64,000 bases of DNA from Lama guanicoe. Lineage: Eukaryota. Numbering within the stretch: the stretch's first letter is position 1; each line of letters opens with the position of its first letter. The notes beneath the pieces are model-generated. The model was given only the letters and a program-made list of their open reading frames with translations, did no database searches and was not told the origin of the DNA. The translations under genes were made by a program, and so were the position numbers. Positions 49,770-62,860 of the stretch are shown piece after piece. Where the stretch lies: positions 25,050,433 through 25,114,432 of the forward strand of contig MU054187.1 in assembly GCA_013239625.1 (NCBI GenBank), written 5' to 3'.

Positions 49770-52700
49770 AGATCAGCCAAGATGGTGGAGTAGACATGAG
49801 TTCACCTCTTCTCACAGACATACCAAAATTACAAATATTTACAGAACAATTATTGATGAAAAAGACCAGAACCTGCCAGAGAAGATCTTTCACTAGCTTA
49901 TCAGCCTCAGGACCCAGCCCAATCCTGATGAACAGCATGTAGGCACCAGTATTCAGATGCCTCGATCAAGCAACTAACTGGGTGGAGACACAGTCCCACC
50001 CATCAGCATACAGGGTGCATTAAGAACCCCTGAGCCCACAGCCACCCCTGGATATGGCCCTACCCAGGACACAGCACCACACACCATTGCACAGGCAGTA
50101 AACCCAGGATCTAGTTTCACACATGAGTGGGCAGGCACCAGCCCCAGAAGTCTTGACCCCACCCAAAATAAGCCTGCTTAGCCTTGGGCTTAACCTGCTG
50201 CCCACCAGCCAGCAAGCAAAAGCCCCAGGACAATAGCCTCACAGTCTTTGAATCCAAACCACCAACAGCAGGCCAGCTCCTGCTTTGGGACCAACTGGTC
50301 TACTTAGCCTCAGGGACAGCCTCCCCCACCAGCAGACAGACCAGTTGCAGGAAAACAATAACACCACAGTCTGCAGACCCAGCCCACCCACAAGCAGGCC
50401 AGCACCAGCCCTAGCAATAGGTGGGCCATGGCCCCTTCCACTAGCAGGCAACCACAAGCTTTGGGACACTTTGGATCCTGCAGCTAGCTGTGGCAGAAAT
50501 CAGGCACACCCATCAGCAGTTCAACACCAGTTTTGAGACCCCTGGGCCTTGAAGCCACCCTCCAGGACCCAGATCTGCCCACCAATAACCCAACACTAGC
50601 CCCAGGGCATGGTTTTACCCTTTGGTGGACAGAAATGAGCCCCAGGATCTCCTGGATCTCAGTTTCACCAATCAATGACAGTACTAGCTCCGGGCCCCCT
50701 ACTGTTCCACAGCTAGCTATCTTGCTATCTGGCCCCACCAGTCAGTGGCCAGCAGCCTTGGCACAAGGCAGTCCCTGCCAAATAACTGCACTAGGGACCA
50801 ACCAAACCTACCAGACTGCCCACAGTAGTCAGCCCACCATAACAGAATAACTTATTCAGCCCAAATAAGGGGCACCCTTAGAGCATATAGCTCTGGTGAC
50901 AAGAGTAGAATGTGCTTTGATGAAACATAAGACATATTGTACAAAAGGCTACTTCTCCAAGGCCAGGAAATGTAACTAACCTATGAGATACATAGAAATA
51001 AAAACAACAAGTTAGGTAAAATAAGGCAATAGAGGAACATGTTCCAAATGAAGGAACAAGATAAAACCCCAGAAGAAAAACTTAGTGAAGTAGATATAGG
51101 GAATCTATCCAAGAAATAATTCAGGGTAGTGATTGTAAAGATGACCAAAGAAATTGGGAGAAGAATTAATGCACAGAGTGAAAAATTAGAAGTTTTTAAC
51201 AAAGAATTGGAAACTATAAAGAACAACCAAAGAGAAGTAAAGAATACAAAAACTAAAATAACAAATACACTGAAAAGAATGAACAGTAGACTAAATAATA
51301 CAGAGAAGCTGATCAGTGAGCTGGAAGACAGAGTAGTGGAAATCATTGATGCTGAACAGATAAAAGAAAACAGAATGAAAAGAATGCACAGTCCAAACAT
51401 AAAGATAGTCATCAAATTACAAGAGAGGAAAACAAAAGGAAAAAAAGAACTAAAAACAAATACAAAATAATCCCAAAACAGTTAACAAAATGGCATAAGT
51501 ATGTATCTATTAATAATTACTTTAAATGTAAATGGACTAAATGCTCCAATCAACAACTAATGAAGGTCTAAGACTAGGCAGCTTCACAGGCAAATACAAA
51601 TATTTAGAAAAGAAATAGCATTTTTTCCTTTTCAAAATTTTCAAAAATATTGCAGAGAAAGGAGGTCTTTAGAACTCGTTCTACAAGGCCAACATCATCC
51701 TGATACAAAATCCAAAGACAAAGCAAAAAAGAAAATTATAGGCCACTATTACTATCAAACATAAATTTAAAAATCCTCAGCAAAATATTAGCAAACAAAA
51801 GTCAATGATACATTAAAGGAATCTTACACCATGATTAAGTGGGATTTATCCCAGGGATGAAAGTAAGTTTCAAAATCTATGAATCAATCAATGGTATGCA
51901 TAACATTAACAAACTGAAGAATAAAAATCATGTGATGATCTCAATACATGCATAGAACTCTTTTGAAAAAATTCAACATCGATTTTTGATAAAAACCATC
52001 AATAAAATGAGTATATAAGGAGCACGCCTCAATATAAGAAAGGCCATATATGATAAACCTACAGCCAACATCAGAAGCAAAGGTAAAAGCTGAAATCATT
52101 TCCTCTAAGATCAGGAACAAGACAAGAATTCCACTCTTACTGCTTTTACTCAACATAGTATTGGAAGGGTCAGCTACAGCAATCAGACAAGAAAAAAATA
52201 AAATAAAAGGAATCCAAATTGGAAGGGAAGAAATAAAACTGTCCCTGTTTACAGATGACATGAAATTGTATGTGGAAAATTCCAAAGATGCCACCAAAAA
52301 ATTATTAAAACTAGTAAATTAGTTCAGTAAAGTTGCAGGATTCAAAATTAATATACAGAAATCTCTTGCATTTCTACACACTAATAATAAACTATCAGGA
52401 AAAGAAATTAAGAAAATAATCCCATTTACAATTCTATCAAAAAGAATAAAATGTCTAGGAATAAATCTAACCAAGAAGGTAAGAGACCTATACTTGGAAA
52501 TCTATAAGACAAGAAATGAGATGTCTTATTTCTCTTTCTGATGAGAGAAAATGAAGACCATACAAACAAATGGAATAATATACCACACTCATGGATTGGA
52601 AAAATTAATATTGTTGAAGTGGCCATACTACCCAAGGCAATCCACAGAGTAAATGCAATCCCTATCAAAATGCCAGTGGCATTTTTTCATAGAACTAGAA

Positions 52701-54700
52701 CAAATAATTCTAATATATATACGGAAACACAAAAGACACTGAATAACCAAAACAAGCTTGAGAAAGAAGAACAAATACGGATGTATCCCACTTCTTGATT
52801 TCAAACTATGCTATAAAGATACAGTCATTAAAAAACAAAACAGTATGGTACTGGCACAAAAACAGACACATAGATCAATGGAACAGAAGAGAGAGCCCCA
52901 AATGGACGCCTATTCATATTGGTAATTTATCTATGACAAGGAAACAAGAATATTCAATAGAAAAAAGACAGTCTCTTCAAAAAATAACATGAGGAAAACT
53001 GGACAGAAACATGCAAAAGAATCAAACTGGACTATTGGACTATTTTCTAACACTATGTACAAAAATAAACTCACAATGGATTTTAAAGAAATCATAAGAC
53101 CTCTAGAAGAAAACAAAGGTTGTACTCCCTTTGACTCCAGTCTCCTCAATTTTTAAAAATGTATCTCCTCAGGCAAGACAAACAAAAGCAAAAATAAACA
53201 AATGGAACTACATCGAGCCAAAAAAGCTTTTGCACAACAAAGGAAAACAAATTATCAACAAAACATAAAGGGAAATACTGAAAGAGAAAAGACATTTGCA
53301 AATAATATATCCAATAAGAGGTTAATATCAAGGATTTACAAAGAACTCATACAACTCAACATTTAAAAAAACTGATTAAAAAAATGAGCAGATGACCCGA
53401 ATAGACATTTTTTTCCAAAGAAGACATACAGATGGCCAATAGATACATGCAAAGATACACAATATCACTAATCATCGGGGAAATATAAACCAAAATCACA
53501 ATGAGATATCAACTCACACTTGTCAGGATGTATTATCAAAGGACAACAAATGACAAGTTTCGGCAAGGATATGGAGAGAAGAAAACTCTTGTGCACTGTT
53601 GGAGGGACTGTAAATTGGTACAGCCGCTACTGAAATCAGTATGGACATTCCTCAGAAAATTAAGAATAGAATTACCATACAATCTAGCAATTCCACTTCT
53701 GGGTATTTATCCAAAGAAAATAAAAACACTAAATCAAATAGACATATGCACCCATATGTTAATTGAAGCATTATTCACAATAGCCAAGATATGGAAGCAC
53801 CTAAGTGTTCATCAATAAGTAGATGGATAAAGAAGATGTATATAACTACAAGGTAATATTATTCAGCCATAAAAAGAACAAAACCTTGCCATTTGCAACA
53901 ACATGGATGTACCCAGATGGTATTATGCTAAGTGAATTAAATCAAAGACAAATACTGTATGATTTCATTTATATGTAGAGCCTAAAAAACAAAATAAAGA
54001 TGAAGCATAACAAAACAGAGTCATAGACAAGAATAAGCTGTTGGTTGCCAGAGGGGAGGCGGATACAAAGATGAGTGAAATAGGTGAGAGAAATTAAGAG
54101 GTACAAACTTCTAGTTATAAAATAAATGAGTCACAGGGATGAAATGTACAGTGTGGGGAATATAGTCTATAATAATGTAATATCATTGTACAAGGTGGTG
54201 ACCGGTAACTAGACTTATTGTGGTGATCATTTTGTGATGTAAAGAAATATCTAGTCATTTTTTTGTGCACCAGGAACTAACATATTGTTGTAGGTCAATT
54301 ATACTTCAAAAATAAACAAACTAACTCATAGGAAAAGAGATCAGATTTGTGGTTACCAGATGCAGGGGTTTGAAGAAAGGGGATTATATAAAAGTGATCA
54401 AAAGTACAAACTTCCAACTATAAGATAAATAAGTAGGGATGTAACTTACAACATGATTAATATAATTAACACTGCTGTATGCTATGTATAAAAATTGTTA
54501 AGGGAGTAAATCCTAAGTGTTATCATAGTGAAAAGAATTTTCTTCTTTTATTTTGTATCTATGTGAGATGACAAATGCTCACTAAGTTTATTGCGGTAAT
54601 CATTTCGTGATGTATATGAAGTCAGATCATTATGTTGTACACCTTAAAATCATACAGAGCTGCATGTCAATTATAACTCAATATAACTAAGAAAAAATAA
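49770..54700 (+). mobile_element. Older L1 with both ends present but two internal deletions (distal ORF1 and the EN/linker)
   Basis: 5' CCAAGATGG motif; ORF1 coiled-coil ORF 51129-51470; RT '[12 protein letters not shown]'; C-terminal 'HCWRDCKLVQPL'; long 3'UTR ending in an A-rich tail near 54695. Confidence 0.9.
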
Positions 54701-54899
54701 GTAAGCAAACAAATAATCAAAGGTTAAAAAGTGGCTTATGATCCATTACAAGTGCATTCCAGTCTCTCCCACCCCAAGCTGCTGTTCTTTCCTCTCGAAG
54801 GATAATCATTATTTCCACATTCTTGTACCTAGAAACAGTCTAGAGAATATGCAAATAGACCCATATCCTCACTTCTTATCTATTAAAATAATTAACATT

Positions 54900-56052
54900 T
54901 TATTTTTTAATACTGTTATAGACTTAGTGAATATTTAAGCAGATAGTACTAGAGTTCCATGTATTTGCTCCCCACCCTATATTCACTTGTTAAAATTAAT
55001 GAATTTATATTGATACATTATTATTATTAACTATAGTCGATAGTTTATGTTAAAATTCACTCTACATTTTACAACTCTAAGAATTTTAGACAAATGCCCG
55101 ATGACAAGTACCCACCATTACATTTTTGTACAGACTAGTTTCCATGCCCTAAAAATCCTCTGTTTCATTCATTTCTCTCCCCCCTCCATCCCCTCAAACC
55201 ATGGCAACCACTGACCTTTTCACTGTCTCTATAGTTTTGTCTCTTCCAAAGTGCCATGTGGCTAGAATCTTGCTTAGTAATATGCATTTAAGTTTCATCC
55301 ACATCATTTCATGGCTTGATAACTCATTTCTTTTTATCACTGAGTAATATTGCTTTGTATGGATATTCTACCTTTCTTTTTAATCCATGCAGCTTAGTTA
55401 CTTCTAATTTGGGGCAATTATGAATAAAACTGCTATACACATTCATGTGCAGGTTCCAATGGACATGTTTTCAATTCTTTTGGGTAAAAACCTAGGGGTA
55501 TAATTTTTGGATTGTGTAGTACGCCTAGCTTTATAAGAAGTTGTCAAACAACAAAAGTGACTGTACCATTTTGCATTCCTAAGAGCAATAAACTTTCTCA
55601 TCAACATATAGTGTTGTCATTTTTGAAAAATTTTATTTTGGCCATTCTAATAGGTGTGTAATGGTGTCTCATTGTTTCTTTAATTTGCAAATCCTTAATG
55701 ACACATGATGACGACCATCTTTTCACATGCTTATTTGCCATCTGTAAACCTACTTTGGTGAAGTGTCTGCCAAGATCTTTTGCCCAATTTCAATTGAGTT
55801 GCTTATTTTCTTATTGTTGAGTTCTAAGTGTTCTTTGTATATTTTGGATACAAGCAGCCTGTCAGATATATGTTTGCAAATATGTATTTCCCCCCAGTCT
55901 ATGGCTTATTTCTTCACTGTCTTAACAGTGGCTTTCACAGAGCAGTAGTTTTACATTTTAATAAAGTTCAACTTACCACATTTTTATTTTATGGATTGTG
56001 CTTTTGGTGTTGTATCTAAAAACTCATCACCAGACCCAAGGTCACCTAGATT
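54900..56052 (-). mobile_element. L1MC-like 3' end
   Basis: 'attgatacattattattattaactatagtc', 'ttccatgccctaaaaatcctctg', 'ggcaaccactgaccttttcactgtctctatagttttg'. Confidence 0.8.
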
Positions 56053-57202
56053 TCATGTATAAGTGATATAATATAGTATTTGTCTTTGGTCTGGTATTTC
56101 ACTAATTCACTTAGCATAATGACCTGTCATCTATTTCTCTATGTTGTCACAAAATGTAGGATTCCCTTTTTATGGCTAAAATTCCACTGGAGATATATCT
56201 GTATCTATATCTATATCTATATATCACATTTTCTTTATCCATTTATCCACTGGACAAGACTTCGGTTATTTCCATACCTTGGCTGTTGCAAATAATGCTG
56301 CTATAAGCTTAGAAGTTCAGATATATCTTAGAGAAAATGATTTCATTTCTTTGGTTGTGTACCCAGAAGTAAGATAGCTGGATCATAGAGCAGTTCAATT
56401 TTTAGGAATGTTTATACTGTTTTCCATAGTAGCTGTACCAGTTTACATCCATATGAATAGCATATAAGGTTTCCCCTTTCCCCACATCCTGTGAGCACTT
56501 GTTATCACTTATCTCCTTGATGATAGCCATCGTAACAGGTGTCCTGAAGTGCTATCTTACTGTTGGTTTTCATTTGCATTTCTCTGATGATTGGTAATGT
56601 TGAGCACCTTTCCATGTATCTATTCACCTTTTGTCTTTTTGGGGAAGAACATCTAATCAGATCATTTGACATTATTTTAGTTGGGTTATTTTTATTTTTA
56701 TTTTATTTTGCTATTGAGTTGTATGAGTTCTTTGTATATTTTGGATATTAACCTCCTATTAGATATGTAGTTTGCAAATATTTACTCCTATTCCATAAAT
56801 TGCCTTTTCATTTTGTTGATAGTTTCCTTTACCAAGCAGACGCTTTTTAGTTTGATGAAGTCCCACTTGTTTATTTTTGCCTTTGTTGCTTTTGCTTTTT
56901 GTGTCAAATGAAAAAAAAAAAGACAAATAATTTACAAGACCAGTATCAAGGAACTTACTTACTCCCTATGTTTTCTTCTAAGAGTTTTATGGTTTGAGGG
57001 TTTATATTAAAATCTTTACCTATATTTCATTAAGATCTATTTCTGGAATTTTACTTTGTTCTATTATTTGGAACATAGTCCTCTGTTTCATCATTTTCCT
57101 TGACTCTGTGTTGGTTTCTGTGCATTAGATTGTTACCCAATGCCAGTCTTAGCAGAGTGGTCTCAGGTAGAAGAGGCTCCTTGTTGATCATCCCAGCCTA
57201 AG

Positions 57203-57388
57203 CTCCTAGTCATCTCCCAAATTTTTATGGTTGTCCAAGTCTCCTTCTTTGCTCTTAGTGGCTCCTCCTAGTCATCTCCCAAATTTTTATGGTTGTCCAA
57301 GTCTCCTTCTTTGCTCTTAGTGGCTCCTCCTAGTCATCTCCCAAATTTTTATGGTTGTCCAAGTCTCCTTCTTTGCTCTTAGTGGCTC
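57203..57388. repeat. Perfect tandem repeat, 3 x 62 bp
   Basis: Units start at 57203, 57265 and 57327: ctcctagtcatctcccaaatttttatggttgtccaagtctccttctttgctcttagtggctc. Confidence 0.97.
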
Positions 57389-57563
57389 CTAGTATTTGAC
57401 AAGACCCATCAGTGTCCAAAAGGGAAGGATTATACTCAGCACGTAGATGCAGGCTGATTAGATACACCCTTAAGCAGTAGCTGAGAAAGTTTATAGTTAA
57501 ACTCCTCTCACTTAGAAACTTGGGGATCGGTATTTTTACCTGCTCCCTTTAGGAGCACAGCTA

Positions 57564-58068
57564 TGTCGACTAAAAAAAAAAGCACAACCTAAAAGTTGAG
57601 AATTATGTTTTATTTGGTGGACAAAACTAAGAGCTTAAGCCTGGAAGACAGCCTCTCAGATAGATCTGAGGAACTGTTCTAAAGAAGTAAGGGAGTAAGG
57701 GAGGAGCCAGGTTGGTTTTGGTTTTTTATTGTTGTTGTTGTTGTTTGTTTGTTTGGGGTTTTTTTTGTTTTTTTTTTTGCAACAAAAATCAGGTAGTTGG
57801 AATATCAAAAGCTTATTGCTAATTAAAGAAAATCAGATATCTAAAGTTAATGAATTTGGTGCTTTTCTAAATATGGGAAGATGCAAGAGCCTGGGCTCAC
57901 TGAAATCATTCCTTTGATATGCACCTTAAGCATCTAGGGCTAGCATACTGCTTTTTTTCCACCCTGAATCACCTCAGAGTACAGTTGTGGGTGGATGCAG
58001 TGGTTGCTGGCATGGTGGCCACAACATCCTTTGTTTACTGATATGGCGGGCAACATATTTCATCCACA
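57564..58068 (-). mobile_element. ERV1 solo LTR (artiodactyl MER41-like)
   Basis: TG...CA ends; 'aaagttgagaattatgttttattt' and 'atgggaagatgcaagagcctgggctcactgaaatcattcctttgatatgcacc'. Confidence 0.75.
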
Positions 58069-58080
58069 TCTGCATGATGG

Positions 58081-58967
58081 TAATAAAGGAAAAATGTGGG
58101 GTGAGAAGACAGCCATGTCCCAGGTCTCAGTTGAGTCCCTGGGACACACCTTGCCAAGTGTGGGTCCTTAGCTTGGCACAGGAAAGAATTCAACAGTGAG
58201 CCACAGTTGAGTAAAGGTAGATTTATTCAAAGAGATACATACTCCAAAAACAGAGTGCAGGCTGCTTCAGAAGGCAAGAGAAAGGCCACAAGGTGTGGGG
58301 ATTAGGTGCTCAGTTTAAAGTAAAAGCAGATATGCACTCCATAGACAGAATGTGGGCCATTTTGGTGGTCTCAGAAGGCAAAGGAGTGACAGGCCATGAA
58401 GCACTGTGTTGTTAGTTTTTAATGGGCTCTGTAACTTCCTATGCTAACAAATGGGAGGGTTATTTCAACTACTTTGGGGAAGGGGATGGGAGTCCCAGGA
58501 ACTGGGCCATCATCTGCCCTTTAACCTTTTAGGGTCAGCCTTAAAACTGTCCTGGCTCCTGTGAGAGTACCATTTTGCATCCTATTGTATTTCAATGAGT
58601 GACTATTGAAGCTCAAGCTTTACTGGGAGTTGAATCTTCCACCATCTTGGTGCTAACTGCTGTGTCTTTTTTTTTTTTTTCTAAAACTTCTTTTTTTCTC
58701 TCCTTTTTCAGTTTTATGAGACAGAATTATTACAGTTCGACTTCACACACACATTATATTGCATGTAAATACATACATACAGTATACTGCACATTTTTTT
58801 TAGTTCACATATATGTACTGATTATTGTTTCTAAGAACAGATTAGAGCTTTAGCTTTTTAAACTTACATACTTATCAAAGGAATAAAGCCAACTACAAAA
58901 TAAGAATCAACAGAATGCTGTGTCATTCTTTTAACGGTTGTGCCCTCCCTGCTTCCCTCCTGTCTCA
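58081..58967 (-). mobile_element. ERV1 solo LTR containing a retroposed insert
   Basis: 4-bp TSD ATGG at 58077-58080 and 58968-58971; minus-strand start TGAGACAGG; minus-strand AATAAA near 58225. Confidence 0.75.
58667..58915 (-). other. Orphan poly(A)-tailed retroposed fragment (mRNA 3' end or orphan transduction)
   Basis: Poly(T) from 58667; TSD tgctgtgtc at 58658-58666 and 58916-58924; about 200 bp of AT-rich body with no repeat similarity that I recognise. Confidence 0.75.
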
Positions 58968-59320
58968 ATGGTGGTGGTGGGATGTACTCCTTCAGCCATT
59001 AGGTATTGTTCCTTTGTTTACTACAGTCCTGTGAATGCAAGCCCCATTGGCTATTAGTTCTAGGTGATCCAGGGGCCCATTCTTCAGGTAGCAGCCACAA
59101 AAGCTGGGGTGCCAGAAGTGTGTACAAGCTCCTTCAGGGAGATCCTGGTAACTTGGTTTTATTATTAAAGTGAACTGGAGGGAAAATGTGGGAGAAGTGT
59201 CTACTGGTATCCTCTATCTATGGGGAGGATTGCAGCCAGTCTCCAGATGTCTGCTAAGTTAGAAGCCTGATCCTCAGGCAGAAGATTTTAAAGTACATAG
59301 ACAAATGTCTTTCATGAAAA

Positions 59321-59873
59321 TGTTACCCCCAAAAAGAAAAAGATCCCAGTCCTTACCTTACCTGAAAGACAAGATTACAGATGGGAGACAGAGAGCACTG
59401 TGTAGCCAAGATTTTAAAGGATTTATTTAGGAAAAGAAAAGTGCACCTCCAAGAATGGGAGGTGGGCTGATCCAAGGGGAAAATCACAGTGGTCTTTGTT
59501 TGCCCTTTCTCTTAAACCCCAGGTTAGAGGTGGTCTTTTGATTGACTGACCACTCTTGCCCCTGGAATGCTTAGTCATGTTTGGTTCCTTTGTACATGTC
59601 CTTACTCATGGGGTACACAGAAAACCCCACAGACAATGAGGGGCGCTAAACCACAATGTTAATTATATTACAATGATCATTGGGTCCTGTCCAGTCAAGT
59701 CCTTCTGGCTACCAAGCAGTCGTGGCTGTCAGGTCTTAACCAATTTTGTTGGCACTCATTTAGTGGAAGTAAAGCCCCTTTATGTTAGAAGCAGGTATGG
59801 CAACATCTTCTGGACAGTTTTCCCTCTCCTTCACTTATCTGCCCAGTGCCCCCACTTATCTAACTACCTAACA
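59321..59873 (-). mobile_element. ERV1-like solo LTR
   Basis: TGTTA...TAACA inverted termini; 4-bp TSD AAAA at 59317-59320 and 59874-59877; removing it restores the host monomer 'tttcatgaaaagact'. Confidence 0.75.
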
Positions 59874-60642
59874 AAAAGACTAAAAGATGGGTTGTTTTGG
59901 TTTTTTTTTTCCTGCTCCCTTTGCACTGAGCTCTGGTGGGATAGCCAGTTAAGAAGTGCTTTTTTGTTTGCTACAGTCTTGTTGGACTTGTGAATGGAAG
60001 ACCTGTTGGCTATCAGAGCCAGGTGACCCAGGAATCTGTCCTTTGGGCAGCAGCTGTAAAAGCTGGGGTGCACTCATGTGTACAAGTTTCTGCTGGAGAG
60101 ATACTGGCAACTTTGAGCAGCCTGGAAGGAGAAGGCCCTTAGTGCCAGCTAAATTTTAACCCTGGCCCTCAGATAGTAGTTTTTAAATTATGCAGCTAAA
60201 CTTCTTTTATGGAAAGACTGGGAGTTGTATGATTTTGCCTACTTCCTCTGTGCTAAGCCCTGGCAGAATAGCCACATTGAAGTGCTCACATTCCATTAAG
60301 AATTGCTTTTTTGTTTGCTATAGAGATCTCATAGACACATGCCCTTTAGGGCTAGAAGTTTTTGGATGCTCACTGACCTCCAGTGTTTGTTTTAAAGATG
60401 GGGCACTACAGGTGGAGTCCAAACTCTGCTCTTTGGGGATTTCCTTCCAATTATATAGCACTGTGCCAGGGGTGGGGTTTATGACAAGAGGATGTCTCAG
60501 CCTTTCCCATGTGTATTTTCTTATTCAACTAATATATGAGTCACTCAGCTAGTTTCTAGATCTCTTTCAGAGGACATTGCTCCCTGTATAGCTATACATT
60601 TTGGTGAGTGAAGGAGAGGTCAGGAGCTTCCTATGTCTCTAT

Positions 60643-61265
60643 TATGGGGTTTGAGGACAAGTGAGAGGCCCTATAGAGAACCAAAGGGGATTCCAATCAC
60701 AAAATATCTGCCTGTGCCCTAATCACTCACGTCATGAAGACATGAAGAAAACACAAAGAACACTCCTCTCCCAACATGTACAGTAATAGCTTGGGAACTA
60801 GCTTCTTTGGGGTCCACAGACATCTGGCAGGTTCCTGCTCCAAGGTCCCTTAGCTGCCTGGCTGCTGCCTTTTAAAGATAACAAAGTCTTAGTTGAGATA
60901 CTGATCATCTATACAATGCCTGGAAAGCTGACCTCCAGAACCAGTCACAACCCCCTACCAAAATCTGTAGCCTTACCCTGTCATGACCCTCTACCTTCCC
61001 TGTTACCTCAACATCAACCTATCAGAGAATTGTGCATGAACTGATCACACACCCTGAGACCCCTTTGTGTCTGATGTCATGTAAGCACAAAGAGTTAAAG
61101 TTTATCTTCCCTTATAAAAGATCAGCAACCTACCCTCGGGGCACACAGACACCTCTCATCTGTGCCCGCTGTTGCCTGTAGCTGCGTACTTAATAAACTT
61201 TTAACATTTCTTTATTTCTGGTAAATTCTTTTATCACCCACAGTACTGGCCTGCCTTGTCCCACA
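60643..61265 (+). mobile_element. ERV1-like solo LTR
   Basis: TATAAAA near 61114, AATAAA near 61192, CA end; it interrupts the host L1 5' terminus. Confidence 0.7.
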
Positions 61266-61289
61266 ACATCTTGGTCAACCACCCATTCA

Positions 61290-62305
61290 AAACCTCCACT
61301 TGCCCTTTATTTTGAATAATTTGATTATGTTACCCTGTGGTATAGATTTCTCCATGTTTTTTGTTGTTAACACTTGGAGTTCACTGAGATTCTTGAATCT
61401 GAGGCTTTATACTTTCTGTCAAATTGGGAAAATTTTTGGCCATCATTTTTCAAATATTTCTGTCCTCTTCTTTCTGTCAAAGACTCAACCTGCAAATACA
61501 TCAGGCTGCATGAAGCTGTTCCATGGCTCACTAATGATCTATTCATTCTTTAAAAACTGTTTTCTCTCTATATTTCATTTTGGATACTTTCTATTGCTGT
61601 TTTCAAGCTAACTGGTTTTTTTTCCTTCTGTATTGTCTAAAGTGAATTTAATCTCTTTTGGTAATTTTTAAAAAATCTCAGACATAGTAGTCTTCATCTG
61701 TAGAAACTCAATTGCTAAGTCTAGGCCTAATGATTTCACACTTTCCAGAGATGCTTCAGTGTCCTCTACCCAGTGCCCTGTGAATCTGGTTTTCCATTCT
61801 GGCTGGTAGAAAAAGACACTATTCCTAGTCCTATGCAAGTATGTTGTTACTTCTCATCTTATATGTTTAATTTCCTGGTATATGCATTCACATGTCCTCA
61901 CATGCACGCAGGGAGCATTACTCAGCTGACTACTTGAGGAAGAATTTCTGCAGAATTCTAGATTTCTCTATGCATCTTTCTTTATTCCAGTACTTTGTCC
62001 TGTGAACTCTCACAGGCTTCATCTTCCCAAAGTCTCAGCAATATTTCATTAACACAAAGAATCCACCTACCGTTGCTGGGTTTCCCTTCCCTGGGTTTGA
62101 CCTAGAAACTCTTTTAAGGCAGTAAGCTGAAGCAATAGGAGGGTAGATCTCATTTGCTCCCTCCTTTCAGGGATTACTGTTCTTCATTGCCTGGTGTATA
62201 ATGTCTCACAAACCATTGTTTCACATATTCAACCATTTTTTCGGTTGTTTCGGGTGGGAGGAAAAATCTAATCCCTGTTACTCTATTTCGGTCAGAAGTA
62301 GAAGC
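61290..62305 (-). mobile_element. L1MC-like ORF1 and 5' end (probable other half of 54900-56052)
   Basis: 'tcaaattgggaaaatttttggccatcattttt'; 5' terminus 'ccctgttactctatttcggtcagaagtagaag'. Confidence 0.7.
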
Positions 62306-62659
62306 TTAAATTACTCATTTTAGTTTCTATTAAAAAAATTAATTTTATGGATGTATTGCAAATTAATTAACCAATTCTCAATTGATTATTTTTGGATAAA
62401 AAATTGTATGCTTTTATTGCAGAAAAATGCTGCAATCAAAATCCTAATATATTATCTTTGTCTTGTAAATTAACTATATTATGTTTTAGAGGCTACATTT
62501 CTCAATCAAAAATGTATATGCATTTAAAATTTTGATAAACATTATAAAATTGCCCATCAGAAGTTGCTACTAATTTTTCTTCCCACTAGTCTGAGGAAAA
62601 CTATTACTAACTTATTACAACTGATTTTAAATTTTATCTCTTATTTACCCCAAATATAT

Positions 62660-62860
62660 GCATTCTTCTCACTATATACACTTTGTATATCATTTAGTTC
62701 TCATAGCATTAAGGTATTACTAATGTCCCAGTTTTACAGATGTGAAAACTGAGGTTTAAAAATATCTAGTAACATTTAAGTTTATAAAGTTTGATTCAGA
62801 AGAGCCTGGATTTAGTATCTGATTGGTAACTGCAAAGTCTGAAGCTAGTCTTGCCCTTAG
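62660..62860 (-). mobile_element. MIR SINE
   Basis: 'cccagttttacagatgtgaaaactgaggttta'. Confidence 0.7.

Larger units (their letters stand above)
56055..61285 (-). mobile_element. L1MA-like element (3' region, large deletion, ORF1 start, monomeric 5'UTR) nested in the L1MC
   Basis: 3' part at 56055-57020; 5'UTR monomers recur at about 59000, 59960 and 60305; the 5' end 'cctatgtc...(c)atcttgg' is split by an LTR. Confidence 0.65.

Noticed and set aside
49750..54740. TSD for the L1 at 49770-54700
   Set aside because: The flanks share only A-rich similarity, which is not convincing
57203..57388. CRISPR-like array
   Set aside because: Head-to-tail identical units with no unique spacers, no cas genes, and a mammalian context
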